64,000 bases of DNA from Candidatus Woesebacteria bacterium (GTDB lineage Bacteria; Patescibacteriota; Saccharimonadia; Saccharimonadales; EFPC-124). The DNA lies in assembly GCA_050115675.1 (NCBI GenBank), contig JASFQB010000002.1:68376-132375 (forward strand), in the 5' to 3' direction. Below the pieces are notes generated by a model that had not been told where the DNA came from, did no database searches, and saw nothing but the letters and a program-made list of their open reading frames with translations. Position numbers and translations under genes: made by a program. Below, in pieces: positions 17,220 to 29,260 of this stretch. Each line of letters starts with the position of its first letter. Within the stretch, counting starts at the first letter, position 1.

Positions 17220-17260
17220 CAAGAAAATACACTTACAAAGTAAGTGTATTTTCTTGTTTT
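17220..17260 (+). terminator. Rho-independent terminator closing the ATPase operon
   Basis: Perfect 17-bp stem CAAGAAAATACACTTAC/GTAAGTGTATTTTCTTG, AAA loop, then TTTT. Confidence 0.65.
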
Positions 17261-17300
17261 GTGTGATAAGTTCTTGCTGAGTTTTTGCTATACTTCAAAC

Positions 17301-17954
17301 ATGATAGATGAAAACGCCAAGATTATCTGGGCATACATGAAGATGCATCAATCGCTTAAGCGCTGTGATGCTATATTCGTGCTTGGTAGTAGAGATGAGC
17401 GCGTAGCCGAGTACGGTGCGGAATTGTTCTTGAGGGGATACGGCGATTTTCTGATAATTTCAGGCGGTGCGGCTCATTCAAACGACTTACTGGCTACGCA
17501 TTGGACCGAGGCAACCGAAGCCGACCACTTTGCGTCAATAGCCATAAAAATGGGCGTCCCAAAACAAAAGATAATTATTGAGAATAGAGCAACCAATACA
17601 GGCGAGAATATTAATTTTACTTATGATCTTTTGCAGAACCTAGGTATAAAACTCAACTCGATACTTTTAGTGCAAAAACCATACATGGAGCGGCGTGCGT
17701 ATGCAACGTTTGCAAAACAATGGCCAAATAAAGATACAAAGTTTATTGTGTCATCGCCACAAATTGATTATTTTGAGTACTTTAACGATTTGCAGCCAAA
17801 AGAACAGATTATCAACATAATGGTTGGTGACTTGCAACGTGTAAAAGAATGTCCAAAGCTTGGCTATCAAATAGAACAAAAAATCCCAAGCAGCGTGTGG
17901 CGAGCGTATGGGCAGTTAGTAAGACAGGGCTACAACAAGCATTTGGTTATTTGA
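17301..17954 (+). CDS. YdcF/DUF218 family protein (copy 2)
   Basis: IFVLGS...RVAEYGAELFLRGYGDFLIISGG...NTGENI...KPYMERRAYATFAKQWP...INIMVGDLQR...PKLGYQIEQKIP. Paralog of 3137-3793. Confidence 0.7.
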   Translation: MIDENAKIIWAYMKMHQSLKRCDAIFVLGSRDERVAEYGAELFLRGYGDFLIISGGAAHSNDLLATHWTEATEADHFASIAIKMGVPKQKIIIENRATNTGENINFTYDLLQNLGIKLNSILLVQKPYMERRAYATFAKQWPNKDTKFIVSSPQIDYFEYFNDLQPKEQIINIMVGDLQRVKECPKLGYQIEQKIPSSVWRAYGQLVRQGYNKHLVI

Positions 17955-18942
17955 GCAGTAGCGCGACGATCAAGGCAACAGACACAGCAAAAGACACAGC
18001 AGATCCAATCATAAACATATTCCTAAATTGGTTTGGAGGAATCTGACGGATCTTGGCAAAATCAAGTGACTCAACAGAATTCTCTAGCTCTTCTTTATTT
18101 TTAACTACACTGCTATGTCCCGGGCTGCCAGAAACAAAATGTTGAGCATACGGAAAGCAAACAATTTGCGAGGGTACATCGCCAATTATTTTTGGGTACC
18201 AATTGTTTGATGTAATATCAACATCTTTATTCTTAAGCTGCAATGCTTTTTCAACCTCGCACGGTTCAAATTTTAGCGAAAACACATCTTTTGAACTGCC
18301 GTTTAGCTCACTGCCATACCCGACCGATAGGTTTCCCTCTAACCACAATCGCTGGTTTAGTGGTGTCATTTTTCCGGCTTCAATATCTGCAGTGTATTCT
18401 AAGCCTTGATTTTTATCTTTACGCTTGATGTCAACAAATAATCTGCCGCGATGGTTAATGGTAAACACTGCGTCCTCGCAATTTGGAGAGCGCAAGCCGT
18501 ATTTTTTATCGTATCCAATTGTGTTGCTATCGTAATCTACGATTAGCCAACTGAGTAGTCCGGATTTTGTGTTTTTGGCAATGATATAAACTTCGTTTCG
18601 CACGCCCCAAAACGCACTGGTGTGTGCACGAAAGCTGCCAAAAATCATATAATATTTTGGCTCGTCATCTGTAAATATACTAGTTTTTGTTAGTTTAAAG
18701 CCCTTGGGCATCAATGCATTTGCTTTTTTAGTGTCTTTAATTTCGTAACACAAAAACGAGCTATACGGTTCGACCACAAAACCCATAAATGGCATCTTTT
18801 TTGCCGAGGACTTTATAAAAACTTTTTGCACAGATTTTGGCAAAAACTTGTTAAACCCCTGTATGAAATGCAAAGATCCAACAGTAATAGGATTGATTAG
18901 TTTTTCGACTTCTTTCGCAAAATTGATTTTGTTGTCTGGCAT
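17947..18942 (-). CDS. Hypothetical tail-anchored protein
   Basis: 331-aa ORF with a C-terminal hydrophobic helix MFMIGSAVSFAVSVALIVALLL. No confident family. Confidence 0.55.
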   Translation of the reverse strand: MPDNKINFAKEVEKLINPITVGSLHFIQGFNKFLPKSVQKVFIKSSAKKMPFMGFVVEPYSSFLCYEIKDTKKANALMPKGFKLTKTSIFTDDEPKYYMIFGSFRAHTSAFWGVRNEVYIIAKNTKSGLLSWLIVDYDSNTIGYDKKYGLRSPNCEDAVFTINHRGRLFVDIKRKDKNQGLEYTADIEAGKMTPLNQRLWLEGNLSVGYGSELNGSSKDVFSLKFEPCEVEKALQLKNKDVDITSNNWYPKIIGDVPSQIVCFPYAQHFVSGSPGHSSVVKNKEELENSVESLDFAKIRQIPPNQFRNMFMIGSAVSFAVSVALIVALLLK

Positions 18943-19097
18943 GCTTAAGTGTCTAGGATTAGTTTGATAAGATTATAGCATAAACTTTTTATCATTATTA
19001 AACATCTAGCATGCTTAGTCGCTGAGCAAAATCGTGCTGTTTGGCGCTTTTTGTTTTGTGTTTTTTGCCTGCTTTTGATATTGGGCAATATGATGAG

Positions 19098-19340
19098 CTA
19101 CTTGTACTTAACTAGTCTAAACAGCCCTTTTTCTGGCTTGTAAACCGTGTTTGGGAATTTTTCTACAAGCTTCCAAACGCAGCCGTTAACAGTTTTTGGG
19201 TGTAAACTTGGGTCGGAGTTTTTAATTTTTGCCAACAAATCGGTCCAATGCATGCCGTTTGGATTTTTATTTAGCAAATCAATAGCCGTTGCGTATATAC
19301 GTCCGGTAATTGTGTTTGGGTTTATGGAGCTGTCTTTCAT
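19098..19340 (-). CDS. Small hypothetical protein, possibly winged-helix
   Basis: 80 aa; ...GMHWTDLLAKIK...TVNGCVWKLVEKFPNTVYKPEKGLFRL resembles wHTH (Mrr_N/HARE-like) modules. Weak. Confidence 0.4.
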   Translation of the reverse strand: MKDSSINPNTITGRIYATAIDLLNKNPNGMHWTDLLAKIKNSDPSLHPKTVNGCVWKLVEKFPNTVYKPEKGLFRLVKYK

Positions 19341-19378
19341 GGTATATTAACCAAATTATAGCAAAAACGTACAGTCAT

Positions 19379-20419
19379 TTATTTAGGTGAGGAGCCGTTG
19401 TAATCTTTTGCTGACGGTATTACATTCATGTATGCGCCGTTAAATTTAACTGTTTTTGCGCTATAAACTGCGTCATAAATACTTTTTTGAATAGCCTTGG
19501 CTGCTGCTTGCGCAATTACATCTACCGAAATTTTATACCAATCGCTATTCTCGATTAACTTACCAATTTTAGATAAGGGTAGGTTAATTTCTTCTGTAGA
19601 AAACACAAATACAGTATCACCGTCTAATGATGTGTTTACAGGATTTATTGCACGTACTTGCCCGTGCGAAGCTATTTCGGCAATCCTTCTTAAATCTTCT
19701 TGTGAGTTTAGCTTAATATTTGTGCCAACAATAGAGATTGTTGTGTTGGATTTTTCGGTCAAAAAATTGCTAAAGCCTTCGAACGTTCTAAATTTTGTCG
19801 AGTCGTCGTCGTGCCTGTTGCCTGCAATAATTTGGCCGTCATCATCAATAATATTGCCCATGGCATTTACTACAGACATGGCGGTTACTATTGCACCGCC
19901 GCCCAGATCAATTTTTGCTGATCCAACGCCGGCCTTCATGGCCATGCTTACATCACCAGGATTAAAAGAAAATTTGCCAACACTTGTGCCCGTGCCAGCG
20001 CCAACGTTGCCAGATTGCACTGGGCTGTCAGATATGTTTTGTACGGCTGTCGCGCCGAACCCAGGATCTATCTCTTTGACGTACATTCCCATAGATTGCA
20101 CGCAAGCGCCAGATATAGATGGGATAATATTTTTGCCAATTTTATAGCCGATATTTTGTTTGCGAAGTGCCTTGGCGATGTGCGCTGCGGTTTCTAGACC
20201 GGTATGTGCTCCATCAGAAACATACAACGCATGTTTGCGATAAAAAGATTTGCCTTGGTCAAGCGTTGTTGTGTCATATGTGCGCGGAGTTCCGCCATAT
20301 GCAGCGTACGCAACTGGATAATCTTTGTCAAAAACAACAACCGTGCAGCCAGTTAAATCATTAACAAATGTCGCATGGCCAACGCGAACGCCTTTTAGGG
20401 CCGTGAGGGTATTGTTCAT
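19379..20419 (-). CDS. P1/S58 family peptidase (DmpA-like aminopeptidase)
   Basis: LTALKGVRVGHATF..DLTGCTVVVF...GNVGAGTGTSVGK. Length 346 aa. Confidence 0.8.
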   Translation of the reverse strand: MNNTLTALKGVRVGHATFVNDLTGCTVVVFDKDYPVAYAAYGGTPRTYDTTTLDQGKSFYRKHALYVSDGAHTGLETAAHIAKALRKQNIGYKIGKNIIPSISGACVQSMGMYVKEIDPGFGATAVQNISDSPVQSGNVGAGTGTSVGKFSFNPGDVSMAMKAGVGSAKIDLGGGAIVTAMSVVNAMGNIIDDDGQIIAGNRHDDDSTKFRTFEGFSNFLTEKSNTTISIVGTNIKLNSQEDLRRIAEIASHGQVRAINPVNTSLDGDTVFVFSTEEINLPLSKIGKLIENSDWYKISVDVIAQAAAKAIQKSIYDAVYSAKTVKFNGAYMNVIPSAKDYNGSSPK

Positions 20420-20470
20420 GGGTGTAATTATACCATCTGTGGAATAAATGCTTAAGCACCACGCATGAGC

Positions 20471-20517
20471 TTAATAAAAGCCGCTTTGCATTCTTTAAAA
20501 ACAGAATGCAAAGCGGC
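20471..20517 (-). terminator. Rho-independent terminator of the 74-aa membrane protein gene
   Basis: Perfect 15-bp inverted repeat GCCGCTTTGCATTCT/AGAATGCAAAGCGGC (20480-20494/20503-20517), followed by a T-run on the minus strand. Confidence 0.6.
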
Positions 20518-20525
20518 AGTGTACT

Positions 20526-20750
20526 TTAGCGACCCCTCAGGGCAATGCTCAGAACTGGATAAACAAAAAACACCAGTACAAGTATAAAACAGATCGCTCC
20601 AATCGCAATCAGAATTGAGGTTAGGCTGAACGGAACAAAAAGCCAAACGAACAGTTTGTATAGCAACCAACCAACAAAGCCAAGAGCTCCGGTGCCGACG
20701 ATGCCGACAATCAGGCAGCTGCCAACGTTTTTTGTGCTTTCGCTTGCCAT
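20526..20750 (-). CDS. Small membrane protein (2 TM)
   Basis: 74 aa, two long hydrophobic segments. Preferred over the overlapping 107-aa frame. Confidence 0.5.
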   Translation of the reverse strand: MASESTKNVGSCLIVGIVGTGALGFVGWLLYKLFVWLFVPFSLTSILIAIGAICFILVLVFFVYPVLSIALRGR

Positions 20751-20846
20751 TATATCTCCTAGCTAGGGAAGCCATGCCTAGCTAGTATGACATAATAATC
20801 TGCAAAATCAAGGTATTGTTGTATTTTTGTATGTATTATAAAATTG

Positions 20847-22193
20847 ATGTATCTAAGCATTAGCATTATGCCAAAAAAACAGAGACAATTGCAAAAAAAA
20901 CAAAAAACAGTCAAAAATCGGATATTCCATAACCGTTTTTTGCGTGTGCTTGGCCCGGGTTTGGTAACGGGCGCGGCGGATGACGATCCGTCAGGTATCG
21001 CTACTTATTCTCAGGCAGGTGCAGGGTTGGGGTATGGTCTTTTGTGGGCGTTTCCACTAATGTACCCGTTGCTTTTGGTCGTACAAGAAAACTGCGCGCG
21101 CATTGGCGCAATAACAAGCAAGGGTCTGGCTGCAGTAATAAAAGAGCATTACAGTAAAAAGCTTTTGTACATGTCTGTGGTGCTGGTGGTTGTTGCCAAT
21201 AGCATAAATGTTGGCGCAGATTTAGGCGCCATGGCAGCTACAACTCAGTTGTTTGTTGATGTTCCATTTGCGCTGCTGGCTATTTTGTATGCTTTGTTTA
21301 TAGTTGCACTTGTGGTTTTAGTAGACTATAAAAATTACGCCAAAATACTAAAATGGCTAGCCTTGGCACTTTTTGCATATCCTATTACTGCGCTGCTTGT
21401 CCAGCAAGATTGGCCAGCGATTTTTAGAAACACGTTTAACCTAGCGCCCAGCATAAGTTTTGAAACGGTCTACATTTTTATGGGAATGCTAGGTACCACA
21501 ATCTCGCCCTACTTGTTTTTTTGGGACACCTCAGAGGTTGTAGAAGAAGAGATTAGCAAGCGTACAACCAAGAAGATCGGCGTTTCGCCTTTATCTACAA
21601 AAAGATATTTACGAAAGTTGCGTCTAGATAACTTTGTAGGTATGACGCTGGCAAGCGTAACTGCCTGGTTTATTGTTATTGCTTGCGCGGCAACATTAAA
21701 TAAAAGCGGCATTACAGACATCCAAACAGCGGCAGACGCTGCGCGCGCGCTTGAGCCTCTTGTTCAGGGGTTTCCTAATGCTGGCTTAGTTGCAAAAGGC
21801 ATATTTTCTATCGGAATTATTGGCATAGGTTTGCTTGCGGTGCCGGTTTTGGCGGGGTCGTCATCATATGCAATTTGTGAAGCTTTTGGAATAAAAGAGG
21901 GACTGCATCACAAATTTAAACACGCAATTGGCTTTTACGCGATCATAATTTTAGCAACAGTCGCAGGGCTAACTATGAACTTTATCGGGATCGACCCAAT
22001 GGACGCACTGGTGTTCACTGCCGTATTTAACGGGTTGGCCGCAATACCCTTGCTGTTCATGATTTTTAGAGTAGGTAACAGCAAAAAAATAATGGGCGAC
22101 TACAAAAATAAGCCAATTACAAATATATTTTTGATAATTACAATATTTGTCATGACTGTCGCTGCAATAGCTTTATTTTGGTCGTTTATTTAA
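20847..22193 (+). CDS. Nramp-family divalent metal cation transporter
   Basis: GPGLVTGAADDDPSGIATYSQAGA signature and about 11 TM segments. Start uncertain (ATG 20847 or 20868). Confidence 0.85.
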   Translation: MYLSISIMPKKQRQLQKKQKTVKNRIFHNRFLRVLGPGLVTGAADDDPSGIATYSQAGAGLGYGLLWAFPLMYPLLLVVQENCARIGAITSKGLAAVIKEHYSKKLLYMSVVLVVVANSINVGADLGAMAATTQLFVDVPFALLAILYALFIVALVVLVDYKNYAKILKWLALALFAYPITALLVQQDWPAIFRNTFNLAPSISFETVYIFMGMLGTTISPYLFFWDTSEVVEEEISKRTTKKIGVSPLSTKRYLRKLRLDNFVGMTLASVTAWFIVIACAATLNKSGITDIQTAADAARALEPLVQGFPNAGLVAKGIFSIGIIGIGLLAVPVLAGSSSYAICEAFGIKEGLHHKFKHAIGFYAIIILATVAGLTMNFIGIDPMDALVFTAVFNGLAAIPLLFMIFRVGNSKKIMGDYKNKPITNIFLIITIFVMTVAAIALFWSFI

Positions 22194-23002
22194 AAGCTAA
22201 AAATTGTATTTGCCAGCTCTTGCGCTTTTGCTCTGATTTGAATAGGAAGATTGGCTAATTTTTTACGGTTACCTTCGCTAGCAAGTCTGTTGAGTGATTC
22301 TGTTGTGTCTGGCACGACAATTTCAGACATCGCCTGTACAACTTCGTTAAATTGACTATCCAAAGCAGATATTTGGTCAATTTGTCCGTTATTTGCGTAC
22401 TCTGCTGTTTGCGCAATAAGGTTATCAAACTCTTTTAGCGTGCTAATATATTGCGCGCTAAACTCTTGGTAAACACCATCGCTTGGAGTTGTGGCTTCAA
22501 GCACGGCAATGTTTTGAGTGAGCGCTTGATGTAATTGGTCGTATGTAGTAGCAAGCTGCTCGACACTGGTGGCTTTGCCATACACGTTATTTATATTGTT
22601 GGTTGTAATTTGAAGTGCCTTTGCGTAATCTGTAATGTCTAAAACATCTGTAGAAATTGACTTTGCAAGATCAAAATAATCTTCGGTTTTTGATTCTAAA
22701 TCTGTTGCTGCGTTGGGTGCGGTAAGTTGCTCAAGTTTTTTTAGCTGCGTCTCGCTGTCTGCCTTTGTTACCGCAAGAGTTTTTATAATATCGTCTAGGC
22801 TTTGATTATTTTCTTCAATATCTTGCACATTCCAGTTGCTAGCTGAGCTGTCCATGATGTCTAATGTGCTGTTGGCGTAATTTCGTATTACCATGCCGTT
22901 ATATAAACCATACCCAACTATGGCTGTTGTGGATAGTACAACGATAGCTGCTGTTGTAATTATAGTCAGTTTTTTGCTGGAACGCCTTTTGTTAGATCGC
23001 AC
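22190..23002 (-). CDS. Hypothetical N-terminally anchored, coiled-coil-rich protein
   Basis: 270 aa; TM helix LTIITTAAIVVLSTTAIVGYGL, then a low-complexity helical sequence. Confidence 0.55.
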   Translation of the reverse strand: MRSNKRRSSKKLTIITTAAIVVLSTTAIVGYGLYNGMVIRNYANSTLDIMDSSASNWNVQDIEENNQSLDDIIKTLAVTKADSETQLKKLEQLTAPNAATDLESKTEDYFDLAKSISTDVLDITDYAKALQITTNNINNVYGKATSVEQLATTYDQLHQALTQNIAVLEATTPSDGVYQEFSAQYISTLKEFDNLIAQTAEYANNGQIDQISALDSQFNEVVQAMSEIVVPDTTESLNRLASEGNRKKLANLPIQIRAKAQELANTIFSF

Positions 23003-23054
23003 AATATATCCCCAATATTAGTATTAATTTAAGACGTTAGCAAAGCTTGTGTCA

Positions 23055-23079
23055 AACAAAAAATGCGCCAAAAGCGCAC
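23055..23079 (-). terminator. Small terminator after the tRNA pair
   Basis: Minus strand reads TGCGC-TTTTG-GCGCA followed by T6. Confidence 0.4.
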
Positions 23080-23087
23080 TCTTTGCT

Positions 23088-23175
23088 TGGTGGGCGAGGA
23101 GGGACTCGAACCCTCAAGGCTTATTCAACCAGCGGATTTTAAGTCCACCGCGTATACCAATTCCGCCACTCGCCC
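23088..23175 (-). tRNA. tRNA-Leu (anticodon TAA), type II with long variable arm, CCA encoded
   Basis: Reverse complement GGGCGAG..GTGGA-CTTAAAA-TCCGC..GAGGGTTCGAGTCCCTC-CTCGCCC-A-CCA folds as a cloverleaf. Confidence 0.9.
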
Positions 23176-23197
23176 AAAAATAATTAGGTACATAGAC

Positions 23198-23271
23198 TGG
23201 AGGCACCGACCGGAATTGAACCGGTGTACGAGGTTTTGCAGACCTCTGCGTAACCACTCCGCCACGGTGCC
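23198..23271 (-). tRNA. tRNA-Cys (anticodon GCA), CCA encoded
   Basis: Reverse complement GGCACCG..GAGGT-CTGCAAA-ACCTC..CCGGTTCAATTCCGG-CGGTGCC-T-CCA. U73 discriminator as expected for Cys. Confidence 0.9.
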
Positions 23272-23369
23272 GCGTGCGTCTTACATGCAAATTATAACAC
23301 TTTATACCAAGAGTTAAGTGTAAAAAGTCAAAAATAGTACAAAAATACGAACTTGACGTGATAAAAGGG

Positions 23370-23516
23370 CTATTTCTTGCCCATAAAACCTTTTCTGTTG
23401 CCGCCATCGGCAATAATTAGATGAGAAAGCCCCTTTAAGAGCTTGCCAAGCCCCCAAAACATAATGCCAAGTCCTGCAAGCAAAACGCCAATTCCCATTG
23501 TTAAATCAATTTCCAT
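23370..23516 (-). CDS. Possible 48-aa membrane peptide
   Basis: My translation: MEIDLTMGIGVLLAGLGIMFWGLGKLLKGLSHLIIADGGNRKGFMGKK. Below the track threshold; unsupported otherwise. Confidence 0.25.
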   Translation of the reverse strand: MEIDLTMGIGVLLAGLGIMFWGLGKLLKGLSHLIIADGGNRKGFMGKK

Positions 23517-23702
23517 AAATATCCCCCTTATGTGTTTATGATAACGCTTACCATAATTAAATCAACCTAAACATCGCTATTTAAATGTGCAAAGTTAAGC
23601 AGATGCAGATTAATTGTGTGGCTATTTACATATATAAAAAATCTGCTATAATATAAAATTGAATTGGTTAGCGCAAATGTTTAGACTTTCGCGGAGGTTG
23701 TC

Positions 23703-24002
23703 GTGCAGGAAGTTACGTACAACGGTGTTCCTCTGAGCCAGCTGCCACCTGCAGCTGCTCCGGTTGATCCTTGTAGTGTTATGCCAGGCGATCGCGAGTT
23801 CATGGAGTTGCTGCGTGCTGGAAGATTCGAAGAAGCGCTGAGGCGCTTTCCGAAGCACTACACTAACGTACACGTGAGCTTTCTTTGTGGATATTTGGAT
23901 GGTCCTGATTCGGCAGATGGACATGGGCCCATTCCTCCTCTTACGGAAGAGCGGTTTGTAGCAGCCATCGATTACATCGAAGGTCCATGTAGGTACATCT
24001 AA
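23703..24002 (+). CDS. Hypothetical protein (G+C-rich orphan)
   Basis: 99-aa ORF with a GTG start after GGAGG; followed by a terminator. Confidence 0.4.
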   Translation: MQEVTYNGVPLSQLPPAAAPVDPCSVMPGDREFMELLRAGRFEEALRRFPKHYTNVHVSFLCGYLDGPDSADGHGPIPPLTEERFVAAIDYIEGPCRYI

Positions 24003-24070
24003 GGTTTGATACCAGGTTAGTATCTGCTCGTTTAGTTGGCTGACGATTGTGTTGTGCAGTGGGTGATTGT

Positions 24071-24115
24071 GCCTGAATTTGCTGGCTTTAGTTAGCTAGT
24101 AAATTCAGGCTTTTT
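24071..24115 (+). terminator. Rho-independent terminator
   Basis: GCCTGAATTT/AAATTCAGGC 10-bp stem, 20-nt loop, T5. Confidence 0.55.
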
Positions 24116-24225
24116 AGTTTGCGGTATTAGCCCAGTTATAAAATTGACATGTTATTGTTTTTATTGTAATATACTTGGTGAAGCTGGAAATTATTTTGAT
24201 TTTTGGCTATTCCAAGGAGGCAGAT

Positions 24226-24648
24226 ATGAACATGCTTTTTAAGAGGGTCGAGCTTGGTGCAGCGCCGCTGGCAGGCATCATGCTGATGATCGCGCTGGGG
24301 TTTGTTGCATTGCCTGTGTACATTCACGTCTTTGCGGTGGCTGCATCTGTTGCCGTCTTGTTGCACTATGTGCTGCGGTATGTGTTTGCCACTGGCTGCG
24401 CCTCAGAGATGTTCGTTAAGATGGGAGGGCTTCGCACTGGCCGAATGCGTCTTCCGTTCTGGGCGTTTGCAGTTTTGCTGGTCCTGGCTTCGCCGTTTGT
24501 TAACTGGGCTATCGGCTGGATTGCACGTTTTGTCGGCGCGGTTAGTTGGCTGACTGGCGCTATCGCTACTTTTGCGGTGCCATTGACTATTGTGATCCTG
24601 GCCTTGACGCTTGTTCTTGTTATGGTCAAGGGGCGTCGCAGCAGGTAG
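24226..24648 (+). CDS. Hypothetical polytopic membrane protein (G+C-rich orphan)
   Basis: AAGGAGG then ATG 24226; four hydrophobic helices. Confidence 0.5.
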   Translation: MNMLFKRVELGAAPLAGIMLMIALGFVALPVYIHVFAVAASVAVLLHYVLRYVFATGCASEMFVKMGGLRTGRMRLPFWAFAVLLVLASPFVNWAIGWIARFVGAVSWLTGAIATFAVPLTIVILALTLVLVMVKGRRSR

Positions 24649-24661
24649 CTCGGTTCGGCCT

Positions 24662-24698
24662 GGGGCAAGAGGTGCGTAATTGCACTTCTGCCCCTTTT
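24662..24698 (+). terminator. Rho-independent terminator
   Basis: GGGGCAAGAGGTGC/GCACTTCTGCCCC 14-bp stem (one G-T pair) then TTTT. Confidence 0.6.
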
Positions 24699-24752
24699 AA
24701 ATACGCAAAATAACATGTAAGATATAAAGAGTAATCTTTAGGAGATTTTTAA

Positions 24753-25316
24753 ATGGAACTTACATATATAATAATTGGCATAGTTGCAATTTTGGCCGTT
24801 GTTGCAATTTTTATTTATAACGGCCTAGTAACTACAAAAACACGCACCGAGGAAGCCTGGAGTGACATTACCGTTCAGCTTAAGCGACGCTATGATTTAA
24901 TCCCAAATCTAATCAATACGGTCAAAGGCTACGCTAAACACGAAAAAGATGTGTTTGAAGAAGTCACAAAAGCTCGCTCAGAGGCTTTAAGCGCGCAAGG
25001 TCAGGGTGTAAAAGAAACCGCTGCTGCCGAGAACAAGTTTGAGGCTACTTTAAAAAGTTTGTTTGCAGTATCAGAAAACTACCCACAGCTAAAAGCTAAC
25101 GAAAATTTTAAAGAACTGCAACAAGAACTTACCGACACAGAAGACAAAATTATGGCTTCTCGCCGTTTTTACAACGCAGCATCGCGCGATTTAAACATTA
25201 AAATTGACTCGTTCCCAAGCAATATAATTGCTGCAATGTTTGGTTTTAAAAAGCGCGATTTCTTTGAAGTAGAAGAAATGAGCGAAATCGAAAAGCCCGT
25301 TGAAGCAAAGTTTTAA
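24753..25316 (+). CDS. lemA: LemA family protein
   Basis: N-terminal TM plus YNGLV...EAWSDI.VQLKRRYDLIPNL...RRFYN pattern. Confidence 0.9.
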   Translation: MELTYIIIGIVAILAVVAIFIYNGLVTTKTRTEEAWSDITVQLKRRYDLIPNLINTVKGYAKHEKDVFEEVTKARSEALSAQGQGVKETAAAENKFEATLKSLFAVSENYPQLKANENFKELQQELTDTEDKIMASRRFYNAASRDLNIKIDSFPSNIIAAMFGFKKRDFFEVEEMSEIEKPVEAKF

Positions 25317-25338
25317 GTACAGGTTTTAGCAATTTACT

Positions 25339-26208
25339 ATGTATTCTGAGATTGCCTCAAACAAGCGAAAAACGTGGGCAATAATGCTGCTGTTTGTGCT
25401 GATAATTGCCGCTTTGGGCTGGTTGGCGGGTAAAATTTACTCTAGTCCGTATATTTTTTACGGAGCGCTGGTTGGTGGCGGGCTGTATGCGCTTGTTCAG
25501 TACTTTTTTGCTGCAAAATTAGCCACAGCAATGAGCGGCGCTCGCGAAATAAAAAAAAGAGAAGAGCCTCGCTTATACAGAACTGTAGAAAATCTAACCA
25601 TTGCCGCTGGTATGCCAATGCCAAAAGTTTATATAATTGACGACTCAGCGCCCAATGCATTTGCAACAGGCCGAGATCCGAATCACTCAATTGTTGTTGT
25701 AACCTCTGGACTGTTAGATTTAATGGACAACACTGAGCTTGAAGGTGTTATTGCGCACGAGTTAAGTCATATCAGAAACTACGATATTAGACTAATGATG
25801 ATAGTTTTTGGTTTGGTAAGCGCAATCGGCTTTATTGCTGATATGTTGCTTAGAATGATGTGGTTTAGAGATGACGAGGACTCTGGTGGGCCACTGTTTA
25901 TGGTTTTAGGTATTGTCGCAGCAATCATGGCGCCGTTTGTCGCTATGATGGTGCAGATGTCGGTCTCTAGGCGACGCGAATATCTTGCCGACAGCAGTGC
26001 CGCGCTGTTGACGCGCTATCCAGACGGATTGGCTAGTGCCTTAGAAAAAATCTCAGCTCATGGCTCTACGCTTAAAAAGCAAAACACAGCAACTGCGCAT
26101 TTTTATATTGCCAATCCGCTAAAAGGCAAGGCTGCAAGTTTGTTTAGTACGCATCCTCCAATTAAAGATAGAATAAACAAGCTACGCGCAATTGGCAATA
26201 AGTTGTAA
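25339..26208 (+). CDS. htpX: M48 zinc metalloprotease HtpX
   Basis: HELSHIRNYD zinc motif, 4 TM segments, NAFATG; follows lemA as is usual. Confidence 0.9.
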   Translation: MYSEIASNKRKTWAIMLLFVLIIAALGWLAGKIYSSPYIFYGALVGGGLYALVQYFFAAKLATAMSGAREIKKREEPRLYRTVENLTIAAGMPMPKVYIIDDSAPNAFATGRDPNHSIVVVTSGLLDLMDNTELEGVIAHELSHIRNYDIRLMMIVFGLVSAIGFIADMLLRMMWFRDDEDSGGPLFMVLGIVAAIMAPFVAMMVQMSVSRRREYLADSSAALLTRYPDGLASALEKISAHGSTLKKQNTATAHFYIANPLKGKAASLFSTHPPIKDRINKLRAIGNKL

Positions 26209-26272
26209 CTGCTACTAAAAAGCGTCGCAGGCTATATGTCGCGCCACTACTTAAATGGGGTATAATTAAAGC

Positions 26273-29259
<2,987 letters not shown>

Positions 29260-29260
29260 A

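Larger units (their letters stand above)
4792..17260. mobile_element. Composite integrative/defence island (boundaries approximate)
   Basis: Two large serine recombinases, three XRE regulators, RadC, orphan genes and an ATPase/HEPN cluster. Lies between two YdcF paralogs. The right end is placed at a strong terminator; no flanking direct repeats found by eye. Confidence 0.4.

Noticed and set aside
17228-17249. Shared 8-mer ACACTTAC between the island-end terminator and the two XRE operators
   Set aside because: An 8-mer is expected to recur about twice by chance in 64 kb on two strands, so this is not significant.
19497-20147. 216-aa plus-strand ORF
   Set aside because: It is antisense to the well-supported S58 peptidase gene.
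23063-23413. ORFs 23063-23317 (+) and 23114-23413 (-)
   Set aside because: They overlap tRNA-Leu and tRNA-Cys, so they are spurious.
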